Notes: generated from the sequence alone by a model not told the origin. Shown: positions 24,440 to 37,054, counted from the whole stretch's first letter. The stretch is 63,440 nucleotides of DNA, filler included, from Rhabdomonas costata (GCA_019059605.1; 45 parts of 45 records of this genome joined end to end with filler, not necessarily neighbours in it), one strand, 5' to 3'. Translations and numbers: made by a program.

Positions 24440-25322
24440 TCTCCCGTGCGGTTCGTCCAGTCCGCGTCGGACCACAACCCACGCTTCACCGCAGGGCAGG
24501 CACCGCATTCCACAGGGACCTCCTCCTCCGTCGTGGCCGGCCACCCCACCAAGACATTCCCAGAAGCGTTGTTGCTGACCTCCCAGAACAGCTTCCCTGT
24601 CACCACGTCAGTGTCCACTCCCAGCACCTCGCCCGAGCCCAGGCCCAGGGCCATGAAGGCGCCGTGCGAGAGCTCCGAGGTGGTCATCATTCGGGTCAGC
24701 AGGAGCTTTCGGAGCTCCAACGGGGTCGGATCGTCTGCGGTAAAGAAGACCATCACACTTCGGCGGGCTCAAGTAAGGTTGGGGTGGGGGGAGTGCAAAA
24801 AGGTGACTAAACGAGCTGAGCCAGACACAGCACAGATCTCTATATGAGTGTTTTCCTTTTGCATTTGCACCCCCAAAAACTACAGTGGGCATGCACTAAC
24901 CTGCTACCGGGATATGCGCGAAAGAGCGGGATATATCAATAAGTTCATGTGGCGGCCAGGGCGGGAACGTGACCTATGTGTGAGGGGCATCAAAAGGGCT
25001 TTATTGTGGAATCACTTTGTTTACACCAAAGCGACGGGGCCTTTCATGGTACCTCAACTCCACATGCACTAGCATGTCAGAAAAGCACCGATATTCTCAT
25101 CGGAAGGTTTCAAAGGCCACACCTGGGCCCACAGGGGAGGCCGCGGCGTACACCGCCAGCTGCCGCGTCGACTCCACGAGGCTGGTCAGGAACCCCACCA
25201 CCTGGCTCTCCACCGTGGCGCACGCCAGCTGCCGGTATTTCACCCCGACAAAATTGATCGCGTCCTCGCTACCCAGCTCCGTCAGCTCAAAGGCCAGCAC
25301 TCCAACCACCCCCCCAAACACA
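24440..25322 (-). CDS. Membrane-anchored protein with a probable extracellular sensor-like region, fragment (exons edge-25123, 24767-~24440)
   Basis: A hydrophobic segment is followed by a long amphipathic helix and beta-rich segments, in GC3-rich exons. The joining intron requires a GAG acceptor. Family assignment is tentative. Confidence 0.45.
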
Positions 25323-26103
25323 NNNNNNNNNNNNNNNNNNNNNNNNNNNNNNNNNNNNNNNNNNNNTTAATTAATTAANNNNNNNNNNNNNNNNNNNNNN
25401 NNNNNNNNNNNNNNNNNNNNNNGGGGGGGGTGTGTTATTCAAAACGGCCTGGAGTTGCACGCACAAGCACACACGTTTACATGCAAGCGGGGTCACACAC
25501 GCAACCTCTACGGTGTCCGGCTCCAGGAGATTACCAGCACGTACAATTTATCCCCAGAGGGTGAATTCTGTCAACGAAAATTCAAAATGGCACCCGCTCC
25601 GCTCATGTCGTGGCGCTAGCTTCCGCTTCCTATTCCAAGGCTGTGTCCCACTCATCCAAAGCCCAGCATCAAACTCGTTCTTAGGCAGCATCACACAAAT
25701 CCACCGAGCAAAGTGTCTCAGAACAAGCATTTGGAGGGCGCTGGAACTCATTCACTACCAAATTCAAAATTCTGAATTCAATGTTCTGCTGTCACGTGTA
25801 ACTGCCACCAACAGCAAGGTCAAGTCTTGATATGTGACCACGATGGATCGGAAAAGCATGCGGTTGCAGAGACAAATTTGAAGAAAAGCCGAAGGGAAAC
25901 GAGGCAATCACGGTCACGCGCAACAGGAGAACAGGTACTCGTGACTCAATTGCAGACTATTGAAAACCACAGACCAATGAACCACACCACTTCTTTTCAG
26001 TAAACGAAGAAACTGTGAACGTTCACCACATTACTTCCATTCCAAAAGCAAACCAGCCATTGCGGCCTGCGAGTGCGTTTGGTGCGTTGGGCGCAACGGT
26101 TAC

Positions 26104-26507
26104 CTCAAAGAAGACGGACTCCTCCTTCGAGTGGTGCCCACGGTCCATGTACTGTGAGAGGAAGAAGGGATCGATAGAGGTACGTTCCAACCGCGCATCT
26201 GGCGTTGCACCAGAAAATAATGATGGCATCCTCTCTGATTGCATTCCGAGCGAAAGCTGCAAAAACAAGTGCGTTTACGAGGAAAACAAAAATCCAGAGG
26301 AAAGAGGAATCAAAGAGTCTTCTCAAAGACTGAGTGTGGACTGGAATTACGGATGGCGGAATCCCACTGCCAACTCCCTGAGGTTATGGGTGGCAACGGT
26401 GGTGATGGATGAAGGTGTGGGTGAGGCCAACCTCACGAAAGAAGGTCGTGAACTTCTTCAGATCATCCTTGTCAACCTTGTGGCCGCGGTCGATGAGAGT
26501 GACGTAC
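26104..26507 (-). CDS. Hemerythrin/HHE cation-binding domain protein, fragment (exons 26507-26432, 26151-26104)
   Basis: Spliced product YVTLIDRGHKVDKDDLKKFTTFFRE|YMDRGHHSKEESVFFE matches FFxxFxDxxHHxKEExxLF. Confidence 0.8.
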
Positions 26508-27223
26508 CTGTTATTTCAACAGCCCAACAGAATTCCCGCACGAAATTCACCGCCGCCATATGAGAACGAGGCCCCTCAGCAACATTCCCCCAACCACACG
26601 AGGCATCACTACAGTGTGTGCCGTGCCTCCACCTCAAGGCCATGTATGCATGCCCTCTGTACTGCTCAATTTCATATTGCCCCAAACGCGTGAGGTGCTT
26701 TTTCGGTTTTCAAGGGAAGTGCATTACACACCACCNNNNNNNNNNNNNNNNNNNNNNNNNNNNNNNNNNNNNNNNNNNNTTAATTAATTAANNNNNNNNN
26801 NNNNNNNNNNNNNNNNNNNNNNNNNNNNNNNNNNNTGTGTGTTGGTGAAGGTTGGCGAATGTTGGACCTTGACCTTGGTTGACCTGTGCCTAAGTGACTT
26901 GATGGTGAAAGACGTTACCACTAAATCGTGTTCGACAAGGATTCTAAATGTGCTACGTGCAGGCAGTATGCTTCCTTGAAAATTCGATGAAAAGATCAGT
27001 GGGGGAGAAGGGTGCGTCAAACTGCAGGGAGACGGCTCTGCATATCTAAGCAAAGATGCCAAGCAGAAGGTTAATGAAGGGAATGGATGGAGGAAATGAA
27101 GGGTTAAGGGGGATGGGATGGAGGGATAATATGTAAAGGGAAGGAGAAGAAAAGTTGAGCACAGAGCCCTTCCACTGGTTTCCATTCAATCCTGCAACCC
27201 ACCCCGTGGTCCCGCGCACGCAG

Positions 27224-27486
27224 GGATGCCTCGCTGCGTGGGGAGGAGGTCCTGGAGGGTCCCGTGCCAGAGGAGTACTCCCGGCAGTGTGCGGGGTACC
27301 GGGGGGAGCTGGTGTTGGCGGACGTCTTTGTGCGCCTGTACCTGAAGCAGCCTAGCTACCCTCTGGAGCACCCCGCGCAGTTTGTAGTGCATGCTCTGAG
27401 GTGGCTTCAGGACAACGGCGCGGTGCTGGCCCTGCGGCCCTCTGAGGAGCCCCCCTGCGGAGACGCCATGGAGAAGTCCGCAGCAG
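27224..27486 (+). CDS. RME-8/DNAJC13-like protein, C-terminal region exon
   Basis: GELVLADVFVRLYLKQPSYPLEHPAQFV matches the RME-8 pattern ELxVGGVYVRLFLKxPxFPLRxPxxFL. Confidence 0.7.
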
Positions 27487-28384
27487 GTGTGAATTAATGC
27501 GGAGTGCGGGACAAAGATGCCGGTGTTGTGGTTGCAAATGAAAATGAACAGCACTCAGGTTTCCCTTTTGGTTTGTTTGGGAGTCGAAAAGCCTTTGTGG
27601 CATCCGAAACGCTGGATCCTGTGTAAGTGATTGGCATAAACTAATGCAAACGTGGCGGTGGCATTTTGGCAATCAACAACGTTTTTATATGTTCTTTTGG
27701 TTACGTGTTTGTGTGTTTGGAAATTTGCCGCTATAAATGGCACAGAATTGCATAATTTGTACATGCTTCTTGTGCCACCACTTTCTTCGCCCTTCGTGCG
27801 TCTTAGCATTCCTCCGCCGTCGCTTTGTTCGTTTTCCTCCTCACTTTCTCTTCTCCATTCTCCAGTTCTCCCCCTCCCTGATTCCCCACTACCTTCCTAC
27901 CTACCTTCCCCACTACCTGTTTATCCTCCTTTGCGCTCCTTACAGGCTGCAGCCGCGCCCTCTTTTTGTGCCCTCCACTGCAACCTCCGATTTCTCTTTC
28001 CAGTTTCACTCCGTTTTTGTCTTTTGCTTCTGGCCGTTTTCCTCTGCTTCCTTTCTCTGTCTCTCTCCCACTTGTCTTTTGTAAATTTTCTTTTTGAAGC
28101 TGTCCCGGCACCTCAGTACCTTATGCGCCCTTCCTCACCCCACCCAACNNNNNNNNNNNNNNNNNNNNNNNNNNNNNNNNNNNNNNNNNNNNTTAATTAA
28201 TTAANNNNNNNNNNNNNNNNNNNNNNNNNNNNNNNNNNNNNNNNNNNNGTGGGTGGTGGTATGAGGAGACAGTGCCCTCACATTGTTTTTGTGCACTTCC
28301 GGTGCTATGCCGGAATTTCTTTCTGGCTGTGCGTGCGTGTCGTTGTGTAGTTGTTGTGGCTGGCCGTGCGTGGCGTGTGCGTGC

Positions 28385-28591
28385 CTTCGCCAGAAGGAGC
28401 AGGCCGGTGACCTCGGCCCACCCGTGGTACGCCGCGTTGTGCAGCGGAAGCACCCCTACTGCGGACTTCTGCGCAGGGTCAGGGCGCCTCGTCGTCAGAA
28501 GGTCCAGTGCCCCGTGAAAGTCCGCCTCTTCAACTGCCTTGGACAGCTTCCGCCCCTCGGTCACCGAGCGGGGTGGAGACGACTGCTGCCG
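28385..28591 (-). CDS. Ankyrin-repeat protein exon
   Basis: Reads LSKAVEEADFHGALDLL...GVLPLHNAAYHGWAEVTGLLLLAK. 69 codons between a ttttcag acceptor and an apparent GC donor. Confidence 0.8.
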
Positions 28592-29739
28592 CTGAAAAGC
28601 ACAACGCAGCATTACTATCAGTGAGTGCACCTGAGATAAAATCAGACCCGACATCTGCTTCTCCTTCCTGAAATCTGTCGGGTCAGGTTGACGCGACCTG
28701 TTGAAGCTGTGCTTTCGTTGTCCTAAGTGGTGAACTCTCACCCGCTAACAGTTTGAAAGTGTGTGCTTGTGTGTATGTGTAAGTATGTGTATTGGGTGCA
28801 CATGGCGTGCTGGCTTTAGCCTGACTGGTTGTTGGTGATCGCTTGATCGCCACGCGCTGTTGGCAACACGGGTGCTCGCGAGAGGGACCTTCCCAGCAAA
28901 CGGTGCCGTGGGGTACCGCGATCACCGCCGAGCCACAGTTTTAGAACCTCTCTTCTGGCCCATGGGTCCCGGGCGTGTGGCAATGTTGGGGGAGGATCGA
29001 CATCTCGTCTTTCCTTGCATTGTAAATTTTTTCAGCGCAACTGAAACCAAACTCCGCTGCTCTCTGCAGGAGGATGGGGGGGGGGCGAAGGGTTGCCCAT
29101 GTAACATCTCCGTTGAATTTTTATGGGTCCGGTGCTGGTGGACCACCAAACCGCCACGTTGAATTTCTTTGGGTCACCACGGAGAGCACGGAGGGATGCA
29201 ACACCAATGTCAAACGATCAATGGAGATAAAGCCCAATCATTGTTGCGGTCGTCTAAAACGCGCCGCCGCCTCCAACAGCGTCCAGAAAAACTTTCAAAC
29301 ACCGCCCTTATAAGAGCACCATTCCGGACTCTGGTTCCGGATTCAACGCAGGGCGTCGGTTGAGAGCGCGGGAATGGCGCATGTCAAACCTTTCCAAGAG
29401 CGAAGGGAATCGCGCTGCACACCTCTGGAGGACCACTCTGTGATGATGGGGAGCAGGGCGAGGAAACCCTCGGCGGCTCAGGCTGTAATGAAAGGATGAG
29501 CCCACCCTCCATATCATCCCTCCACCCCGAGACAACTTCCTCCCATTTTGGCGTTGTCAGNNNNNNNNNNNNNNNNNNNNNNNNNNNNNNNNNNNNNNNN
29601 NNNNTTAATTAATTAANNNNNNNNNNNNNNNNNNNNNNNNNNNNNNNNNNNNNNNNNNNNGTGTTTTTGTTCAAGGTGGCCGTTGCTGTATCATCATCGG
29701 GCAAGATCGATTCTGTGGCAAGGGCCTCCCCAACTTCAG

Positions 29740-30887
29740 GGATGTTGTGTAGGGACTCTGCCTCGAAAGCCTCCAAAGTGGACAGTGTCTTCATCTACAT
29801 CGACGGACTATTGCCGATTCTCTACCACCGCGAAAGCGAAGTTTACGAACCTCCTCCATGCCTGTCAGTGTCGGTGTGTGCATTTTGTTTGTATGCTGCT
29901 GCTTTTCTGTCAGTGAACCCAGCACTTTTGATTGAGCCCATTATGTCTGCGTGGACGCTAGTAAGTGGCCGAATCCGGCTCATCTCGTGGGAACCACACT
30001 GGGACTGGTTCATTTTTAGCGCAATGCCATGAATGCCATGGATTTGTTCTTGGCTATTCCCTGGATGCTGTCTCGCCCCCATATACGCAATATTTTTTTT
30101 TTGGGAGAGGTAAATGGAAAGTGCGTTTCTGATTCGTTTAGGCGCCATTCTCTGTGTAGTCTGCTTGTTATTTTCCCCGTGTGACGTGGACAGATTCGAG
30201 CCCGCAGTGAGCTGTTGCTGGTTGGTGCGCTCACTGCTGAGCTGCAGCACCACCTATCGCAGTGGCACTCCATCGCGGCGCAATCCGAGACCAGCGCCGC
30301 AGAGGCCAACGCACAGTCTGATCTGGAGTTCTCTACTTTGGAGCAGGTGCCCCCTCACCTACCCTTCTCTCACCTCCCGTCGAACCCTCTGTTAGCTCCA
30401 GCAGTGTTGCGTTGTGACTGTGCGATGCTGCTGCTGTGATTGTGAGTGTGAGTGTTGTTTATAATGTCTCCTGTCTTCGTATCCTTGTTATGGCGCCCCT
30501 GTGGAACCCTAGTGCTTTGAGGCCGAGGCTTGCACTCGGGTTGGGAGGAGGGGTGCTGGAATATTGATTTTTCCTGAACTACTCACCGATCATAAAAAAT
30601 TCGGGAAAATCGGGTTCGCGCCCATCCCAGGGGGTGAGGTCAGTTTCTGCACGAGTTGCTCATTCTCCGGGAAGCGCCAGGTGCTGATGGGCCTGGCTGG
30701 TGTCCCACTTCCCCCTCCCTCGCTTCGCTTTGCCAAGGAGTGGGAGCAGCTCGCGGATCTGCGCTCAGAGCTCAGCGCAGCAATGCAGGGCATAGCCGGA
30801 GAGATGGCCGCCGCGTTCCATGAGCTGTTTCACCACTTCTTCTTGCAGCGCAGCGAGGAGCTGTGGGAGATTCTCCTCGGAGGCAAG
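29740..30887 (+). CDS. Hypothetical alpha-helical protein, internal exons (~29740-29840, 30194-30346, 30681-30887)
   Basis: GC-rich phase-0 exons with AG/GT boundaries. No recognisable family. Confidence 0.5.
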
Positions 30888-33800
30888 GTCTTTGTTTTTA
30901 CGAGGAACCGTCTCTTGAGGGAATTTTGGTCGCCCCTCCCCCCCCCCGCTCCACATCCGCATTCGCTCTTNNNNNNNNNNNNNNNNNNNNNNNNNNNNNN
31001 NNNNNNNNNNNNNNTTAATTAATTAANNNNNNNNNNNNNNNNNNNNNNNNNNNNNNNNNNNNNNNNNNNNCATTGGAGGTGAACTTGATGGAGTTGGAGA
31101 GCAGGCTGAGGGCGGCGGCGAAAAAGTAAAGGATGGGTAGCTTGTTCAGCTGCACATAACCATTCCATGCAAGACCTCCCAAATCAGCGGACTCTCAAGC
31201 AGGCAGGCCCTGGTGAGGGCATCAGGTCCCTATGCATTCTAGAGCACGCAGCGCATTTCGCAACACTATATACTCTAAGTTTCAAATATCATTGACTCTT
31301 GTCCACATTTTTTAGTTGAGGCAGGTTGGTTTACAACGGTCTGGAGCAAAACCTTCCGTGGGTACCTCCATGACACCATGATAACATGATACCATGATAA
31401 CATGGTACGTGGCCAAACTTCCGAAACTGGTCATTGGTCAAGTGATTGCGAAGCAAACAACTATTTAATTGAAAATACAATGTGTACACTTCAGAAGCGC
31501 CTGCTTCAGCCGCGAGGGGTCCCCCACCACCAGCGGGAGCTGAGGTGGGCACCGCAACCCCAGCGCCACCCCCTTCCGGCTGGCCACGTGGTGCACCATG
31601 GCAGCGTCTCCTGGCACACTGTGCGGAGCGAGAAGGGCACCTGCTGCAGAAGCACCTGATTCTGGCTCAGCCGGGCATTCTCCTGAGAGTGGGTCACAGG
31701 CCACCAGGGTATATCTGACTCATTGTTTGGGGATCTGGTATGTGCGAAGGAAGGGGAATCATGGTGGTGTGGGAATCATGGTGGTGTGGTCCGAGCATGG
31801 TAGTGCCGAGGAGCTCGAATGACAGTATTTTTCAGTTGGATCGGAGCCCCTTATGTTTGTCCCACCTCAGCCCGTAAAGACGTCGCGGGGGTAGGATTGG
31901 CTGTCGACACACGTTTCCACGTTTTTACGTAGACCCGTGCGTAGCGAGCATTCGCAGTTTTTAAATGACGTAGCGAGCGCTACGCATGTTCACGATAGGG
32001 ATTCGGGAAGATCGACACGAAAGTGCCACGGATCTTGGGCAGCGGAGCGCAGCGGAGGCGGAGCAACGTGCATCCCCGAGGCGGAGCTACGTGCATCCTC
32101 CTAACCTCCCTGCAAAAGCTTCTATTGGAATCCCAGGGGGCACGTCCATCGCCTCCCGACCCCATGGAAGACAATCGCTGTGCAAAAAGAGAGTAACGCC
32201 GTTTCGCAGTTAATAACCATGTTTTAACCTGGGGGCATCTACCGTAATGTAACGGATTCATTCTGCGGTGGTAACGCATATTTTTTCTTTTTACGAAATT
32301 TCCTCTAGACGGGAAGTTCAATTTCCGCCTTTTGGTTGCACCAATACCAATTCCAAAACTAAATGACCCAAAACACAAAACANNNNNNNNNNNNNNNNNN
32401 NNNNNNNNNNNNNNNNNNNNNNNNNNTTAATTAATTAANNNNNNNNNNNNNNNNNNNNNNNNNNNNNNNNNNNNNNNNNNNNCGCAAAGTAGTGCTGATG
32501 GGCATCCGCCATCACCCACCCTTATCACCGCCCCCCCCCCTTCCCTTTCCTCTTACAGATGCTGTGTGTTTGCTGAAAAGGCGGTCCACAACGGTGGGGA
32601 TCATCAAGCCTGACACCATTCCCCCTGAGCTTCGCCGCACTAGTGCGTGTTCGCGTTGCTGTGTGCATTGGGAAAAGATGCTTGTCCTGAATCCCTCCAG
32701 CTGTGTAAACTTCTCAACGCAGTATTTACTTCCTAGGCATTGGCATTTTGTTGTTCTTGGTTGGGATAAATACCAGGTTAAGCCGTCAGCCCGATCTCCT
32801 TGTTTTAATCGCCGTATCCAGCTGGATAGTGATTGCTATTCAGCGGCCTGGAGTGTGTGTGTGTGTGTGAGGGGGGTCATTAAAGAGATCAAACCCTTCA
32901 AGTGGTAATTCTCCGGTTATGGGGGAATAGATAGACGTAGAAGTTGAGGGGCGGCCTGTGTTTTGCAATAATTCTTTGGGGTGAGGTGGACTCCGTCCGA
33001 ATCGGTCAGGGGTACGTCATCGACGCTGTGTTCTATATCATCTGCGATTGGCCGAACAGGCTTTCTTTTGTGGCAAATAGAACCTGATTTTCATGTTTCA
33101 CTTCACCTCAGAAACGCAGGTGATTCCATAAGCAACTGTCAGCGGTTACCCATGTCCCTCTCCCCTCTCTGCACACACTTCCACAGTTTCATTCTCGTGC
33201 TTTGTGGTGCACCACAGTCAGCATCTGTGCTCTCACTGCGCTTATATTTTGGTATCCTCCCGAACGGTTAGCACTGCTGCCCCATATTCGGAACTATCTT
33301 ACATGAGCGTTGCGGTGGGTATGGAGCTAACTGGGGTTTCGTGAGAAACTGAGTTGTCGTCTGTCCGAGACTGCGCCATGGCGCCATCAAACCTGTGTGA
33401 CAGCGTGGCTACCGGCCGTAATCATGATGGCAAACTTGCGTGTCTGTGCGTTGCAAGCAGGTGAGTGGATCAGTGAATCAGAACCATGTAGTGGTGGTGG
33501 ATTTCTGTGTGCCTGCCTCAGATAGTGTGAGTATGCCCATACCGACCCCTCACCAGCCCGGCCTTCCCGCAGAGGAGGCCATGCCCGCGACCTCTGCTGT
33601 GTCCTGCCCCATGCCCCAGCACTTCACGGGCTACACGGAAGGGAAGCTGCTGAGCACTTTGACATCCTTTTCCAGGGCTGCAATGTGAAAAAAATGCCAA
33701 TATATCCCCCAATGAGGGCACATCCTAGTATCCGGATACGCTTTGGCAGAGCATGAAGCATATGCATCCTAAACTCAGAAATTTGTGATTCGATNNNNNN

Positions 33801-34435
33801 NNNNNNNNNNNNNNNNNNNNNNNNNNNNNNNNNNNNNNTTAATTAATTAANNNNNNNNNNNNNNNNNNNNNNNNNNNNNNNNNNNNNNNNNNNNGGGGTG
33901 GTTGCACCGGTGCCTCAGTGGTGGGAGAGGTGCCGGGAGGGCTGTGGGGAGCCCCCAGGTCCGCAGAAAGGGCAGGGGCAACGGGAACGGAGCATTCTGT
34001 GGGGCAGCTGGCCTGTAGGGGGGCCTCCGCTGTGACTTTCCATGATCTCAGTTCAGCGGATGGGAAGAAAGAGGGCCGGACGGGCTGGCACAGGGCCAAC
34101 TCCTCCTGTGCGGGTGACGCCCGTTCCCAATTCCCATAGTTTGTGTGCGCAGAGCATGGAGGGCAGGCGTTTGTTAATGGAGTGACTTGGTTTGCGTTTG
34201 GGTTTACCGCAGGCTGGACTGGTTCACACTTAACATGGCTCCACTAGAAGGGGGGTGGAATAATTTAACCCCAAAAGTTCAGCAGCGAGTTAGGCACGCC
34301 TATCCCTTGAAACAGAATCTGGGTAAGCTTCGGGTGTTCGCAACAGTGACGGGAAAACACCACCACCTCTACAAGCTTTCCTGATTTTTGCTGCTGTCCC
34401 CATGAACGTGCACTGAACGTTGAATTTAACCAAAA

Positions 34436-34544
34436 CGAACTGAACTGAACTGAACTGAACTGAACTGAACTGAACTGAACTGAACTGAACTGAACTGAAC
34501 TGAACTGGACTGGACTGGACTGGACTGAATTGAATTGAACTGAA
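34436..34544. repeat. (TGAAC)n microsatellite with TGGAC/TGAAT variants
   Basis: About 21 pentamer units directly visible. Confidence 0.97.
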
Positions 34545-35516
34545 GCAAACTTGAACTGCCAGCTCCTGCGCTGACCGGGACGACCAAAAGGGAAGTGGAA
34601 GTCGTCGAAACTCGAATGGAACCAACCTGGCCGTGATGTCGAGCCGGCTTCACCACATCCGAGAAGAGCTAAAAACGTTTCTCCTTTTGCTGAAAGCATA
34701 CGCCCATCAATTGATATATGTAAAGCTGGAGGCCACCTTGTCTCGACCTTAGGAGAAGTTGAAAACTTGCTCGACCCAATATCTCGTGCCTGTCGTATCT
34801 TTGGGATACATCTGAGTATTCCACCGAGTGAAAAACAATGAGATGAAGATCACCTCGTCGCTGGGATGGCAGCATTGCTTAGCCCGCGTATGAACTTTGA
34901 CCCAGGATATCCTTGATTTTTGACGTTTGCAACGGTCGTAACACAGAACTTCGAATTGGACTTTAAACTGTTGACAATGAATGAATTAAATGAAAATTTG
35001 CAACCCTGCCCATGAAATGTCCGACCATTTCGACTGCGGACCTGCATTTGAGTGTACTCTGCGTATGCCGAAGCCCACTCCTCCTCCTCCGCCGCTTCAA
35101 GCGCCTGCCTCACACAGCATAGCTCAGTCTCCAGAGCACCGTACCTGTGACAGAGGACATACATCCGTGCAGGCAGCCGCATCTCTCCACTGGGAAAAAC
35201 CAAAANNNNNNNNNNNNNNNNNNNNNNNNNNNNNNNNNNNNNNNNNNNNTTAATTAATTAANNNNNNNNNNNNNNNNNNNNNNNNNNNNNNNNNNNNNNN
35301 NNNNNCGCTACGCACGGGCCTGCGTAATCGGGGGGGGGGCGTCTAGTGTACAGCGCCCAATGCTATCGGTTGGATTTGCTTGTGAGTTACAGTGGATGAA
35401 TTCTAATCAACTGTGCTTCCCTGATAAATGGAAAAAAGCAGCGGGCTGCAAATTTAAAAAATACTTTGTCCCAGCCCCAGGCGCTCGCCACAAAGAATGG
35501 GAACGGGGGGGTATAC

Positions 35517-36410
35517 CCAGCCCGGAGCATCTCATCGATGAAGAACACCTTGTCGGCCTTCTTGACCATGGTAAAAAGGATTGGCTTCCGCTCCGCCACG
35601 GCTAGCCGAAGAATCTCCTCCTTCAGGGGCTTCAGCAGGGCGCTGACCAGCGCCTGGGAGTCTGTGAACCCAACCCTCCGGCCTTCGGCGGTGCTGAGGC
35701 CCACCATGGCCTGCCAGCCCTGGTGGTGGATCCGAAGCAGATCACCGTCGATGGTGACAAAGTCTTCCAAACGCAGCCCCAGCTCCTGCAGTATGACCCC
35801 CCGGCAACTGGACTTTCCTCCCGCAGCGGGGCCAGCCAGAAGCACCCCGACAGGGCGGTCCACGGAGGGCTTCGACAGGACCACCTTGGCAAAAACCTGA
35901 GCAATGCGCAACAACGAGAAGATAGCCGTAAAGCCCCGAAAAGCGTGACAATCGAGGATTCCAGCTTGATGGGTTTGTCCGATAGGTTAACTCGGCAGGT
36001 TGGTTCACAGAAGTACGGGATTTGGGAATTACCTTCTCAGGGGTTTGCAGGTTGCAGGTTGCAAATCTGTACCAAGCAAACGCCTCCACCGGCAACAAAG
36101 CGAATTAAAAAAGTTGGGGGCAAAACTGAAACTCAACCCCCCCTCCCCGGTGAACCACCGGTCCGTTACTTAACCTCAAGACAACTGAAACGCTCAGGCG
36201 CATGTCTTCCCGGACCAGCGAACTTCGGGAAATCTCCGAGCAAATCACCACATCACAACAAACCACAAAAACTCCATACCGCGGCCTTCTCCTCGGCTGA
36301 GAATGGACGGGATGCGTCCTCCCTGGCCCTCACCCACTCCGGCCGAAGCGAGTCCTTGGCTGGGTCCACCCAAAGCCGAGGATCGCTGTCATCCGACGCC
36401 AGCTTGCAAG
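35517..36410 (-). CDS. Zeta-toxin-like P-loop kinase, fragment (exons ~36410-36280, 35896-35517)
   Basis: Reads PFSAEEKAA|VFAKVV...RPVGVLLAGPAAGGKSS...FVTIDGDLLRIHHQGW...EILRLAVAERKPILF. It has a Walker A motif plus the IDxDxxR motif of the zeta-toxin family. Confidence 0.75.
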
Positions 36411-37054
36411 CGGCGACAACAGCGCCCAAATGCACGACAGCAACCGAAAGAAAAACAGAAAACGACTGAAAAATACAAAAAAGCAGTTCGGCACCAGCCC
36501 TGCCATACATATGCCATACATGTGCTCCCCATCAAACCAGGCGATTCCTCACCACTTCCTTAGCCAACTTCTATTTACCAATCGCTGCTTCTCTTGCTCC
36601 CATGCGGACAAAAAAAANNNNNNNNNNNNNNNNNNNNNNNNNNNNNNNNNNNNNNNNNNNNTTAATTAATTAANNNNNNNNNNNNNNNNNNNNNNNNNNN
36701 NNNNNNNNNNNNNNNNNGAAAGTGAATTGTGAGCCCGCTGGCGTGAACAAGCGAGGCTTTATGTTTCGGGGAACGTGTGTGTGGTTGGGGGGGGAGGGAT
36801 GTTTTGAAATAGGACAGAGCAGGTTGGGGTTGACCTGTCAATGAAGTCAGTAAATGTGTAATCAGATTTTTTTCTTTTTGTGCATGGACCCAGAAATTGA
36901 AACCGCCCTTGGATGTCGCTACGTTGCTTTTGTTTTGCAGACACTGGTTCTTTTTGTGGTTTGAGGCATTGGCTGGTGAGAAAGTAAAAGCTTGGAAGTG
37001 TGCAGGTGGGAGTGGGGTGGGGGGTGGGCTCTCTGTTTAGCCTCGCCTCTCCAG

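Noticed and set aside
31370-31403. Short 8-bp tandem CATGATA[A/C] and a 17-bp duplication at ~31754-31789
   Set aside because: Simple tandem duplications without spacers; not CRISPR-like.
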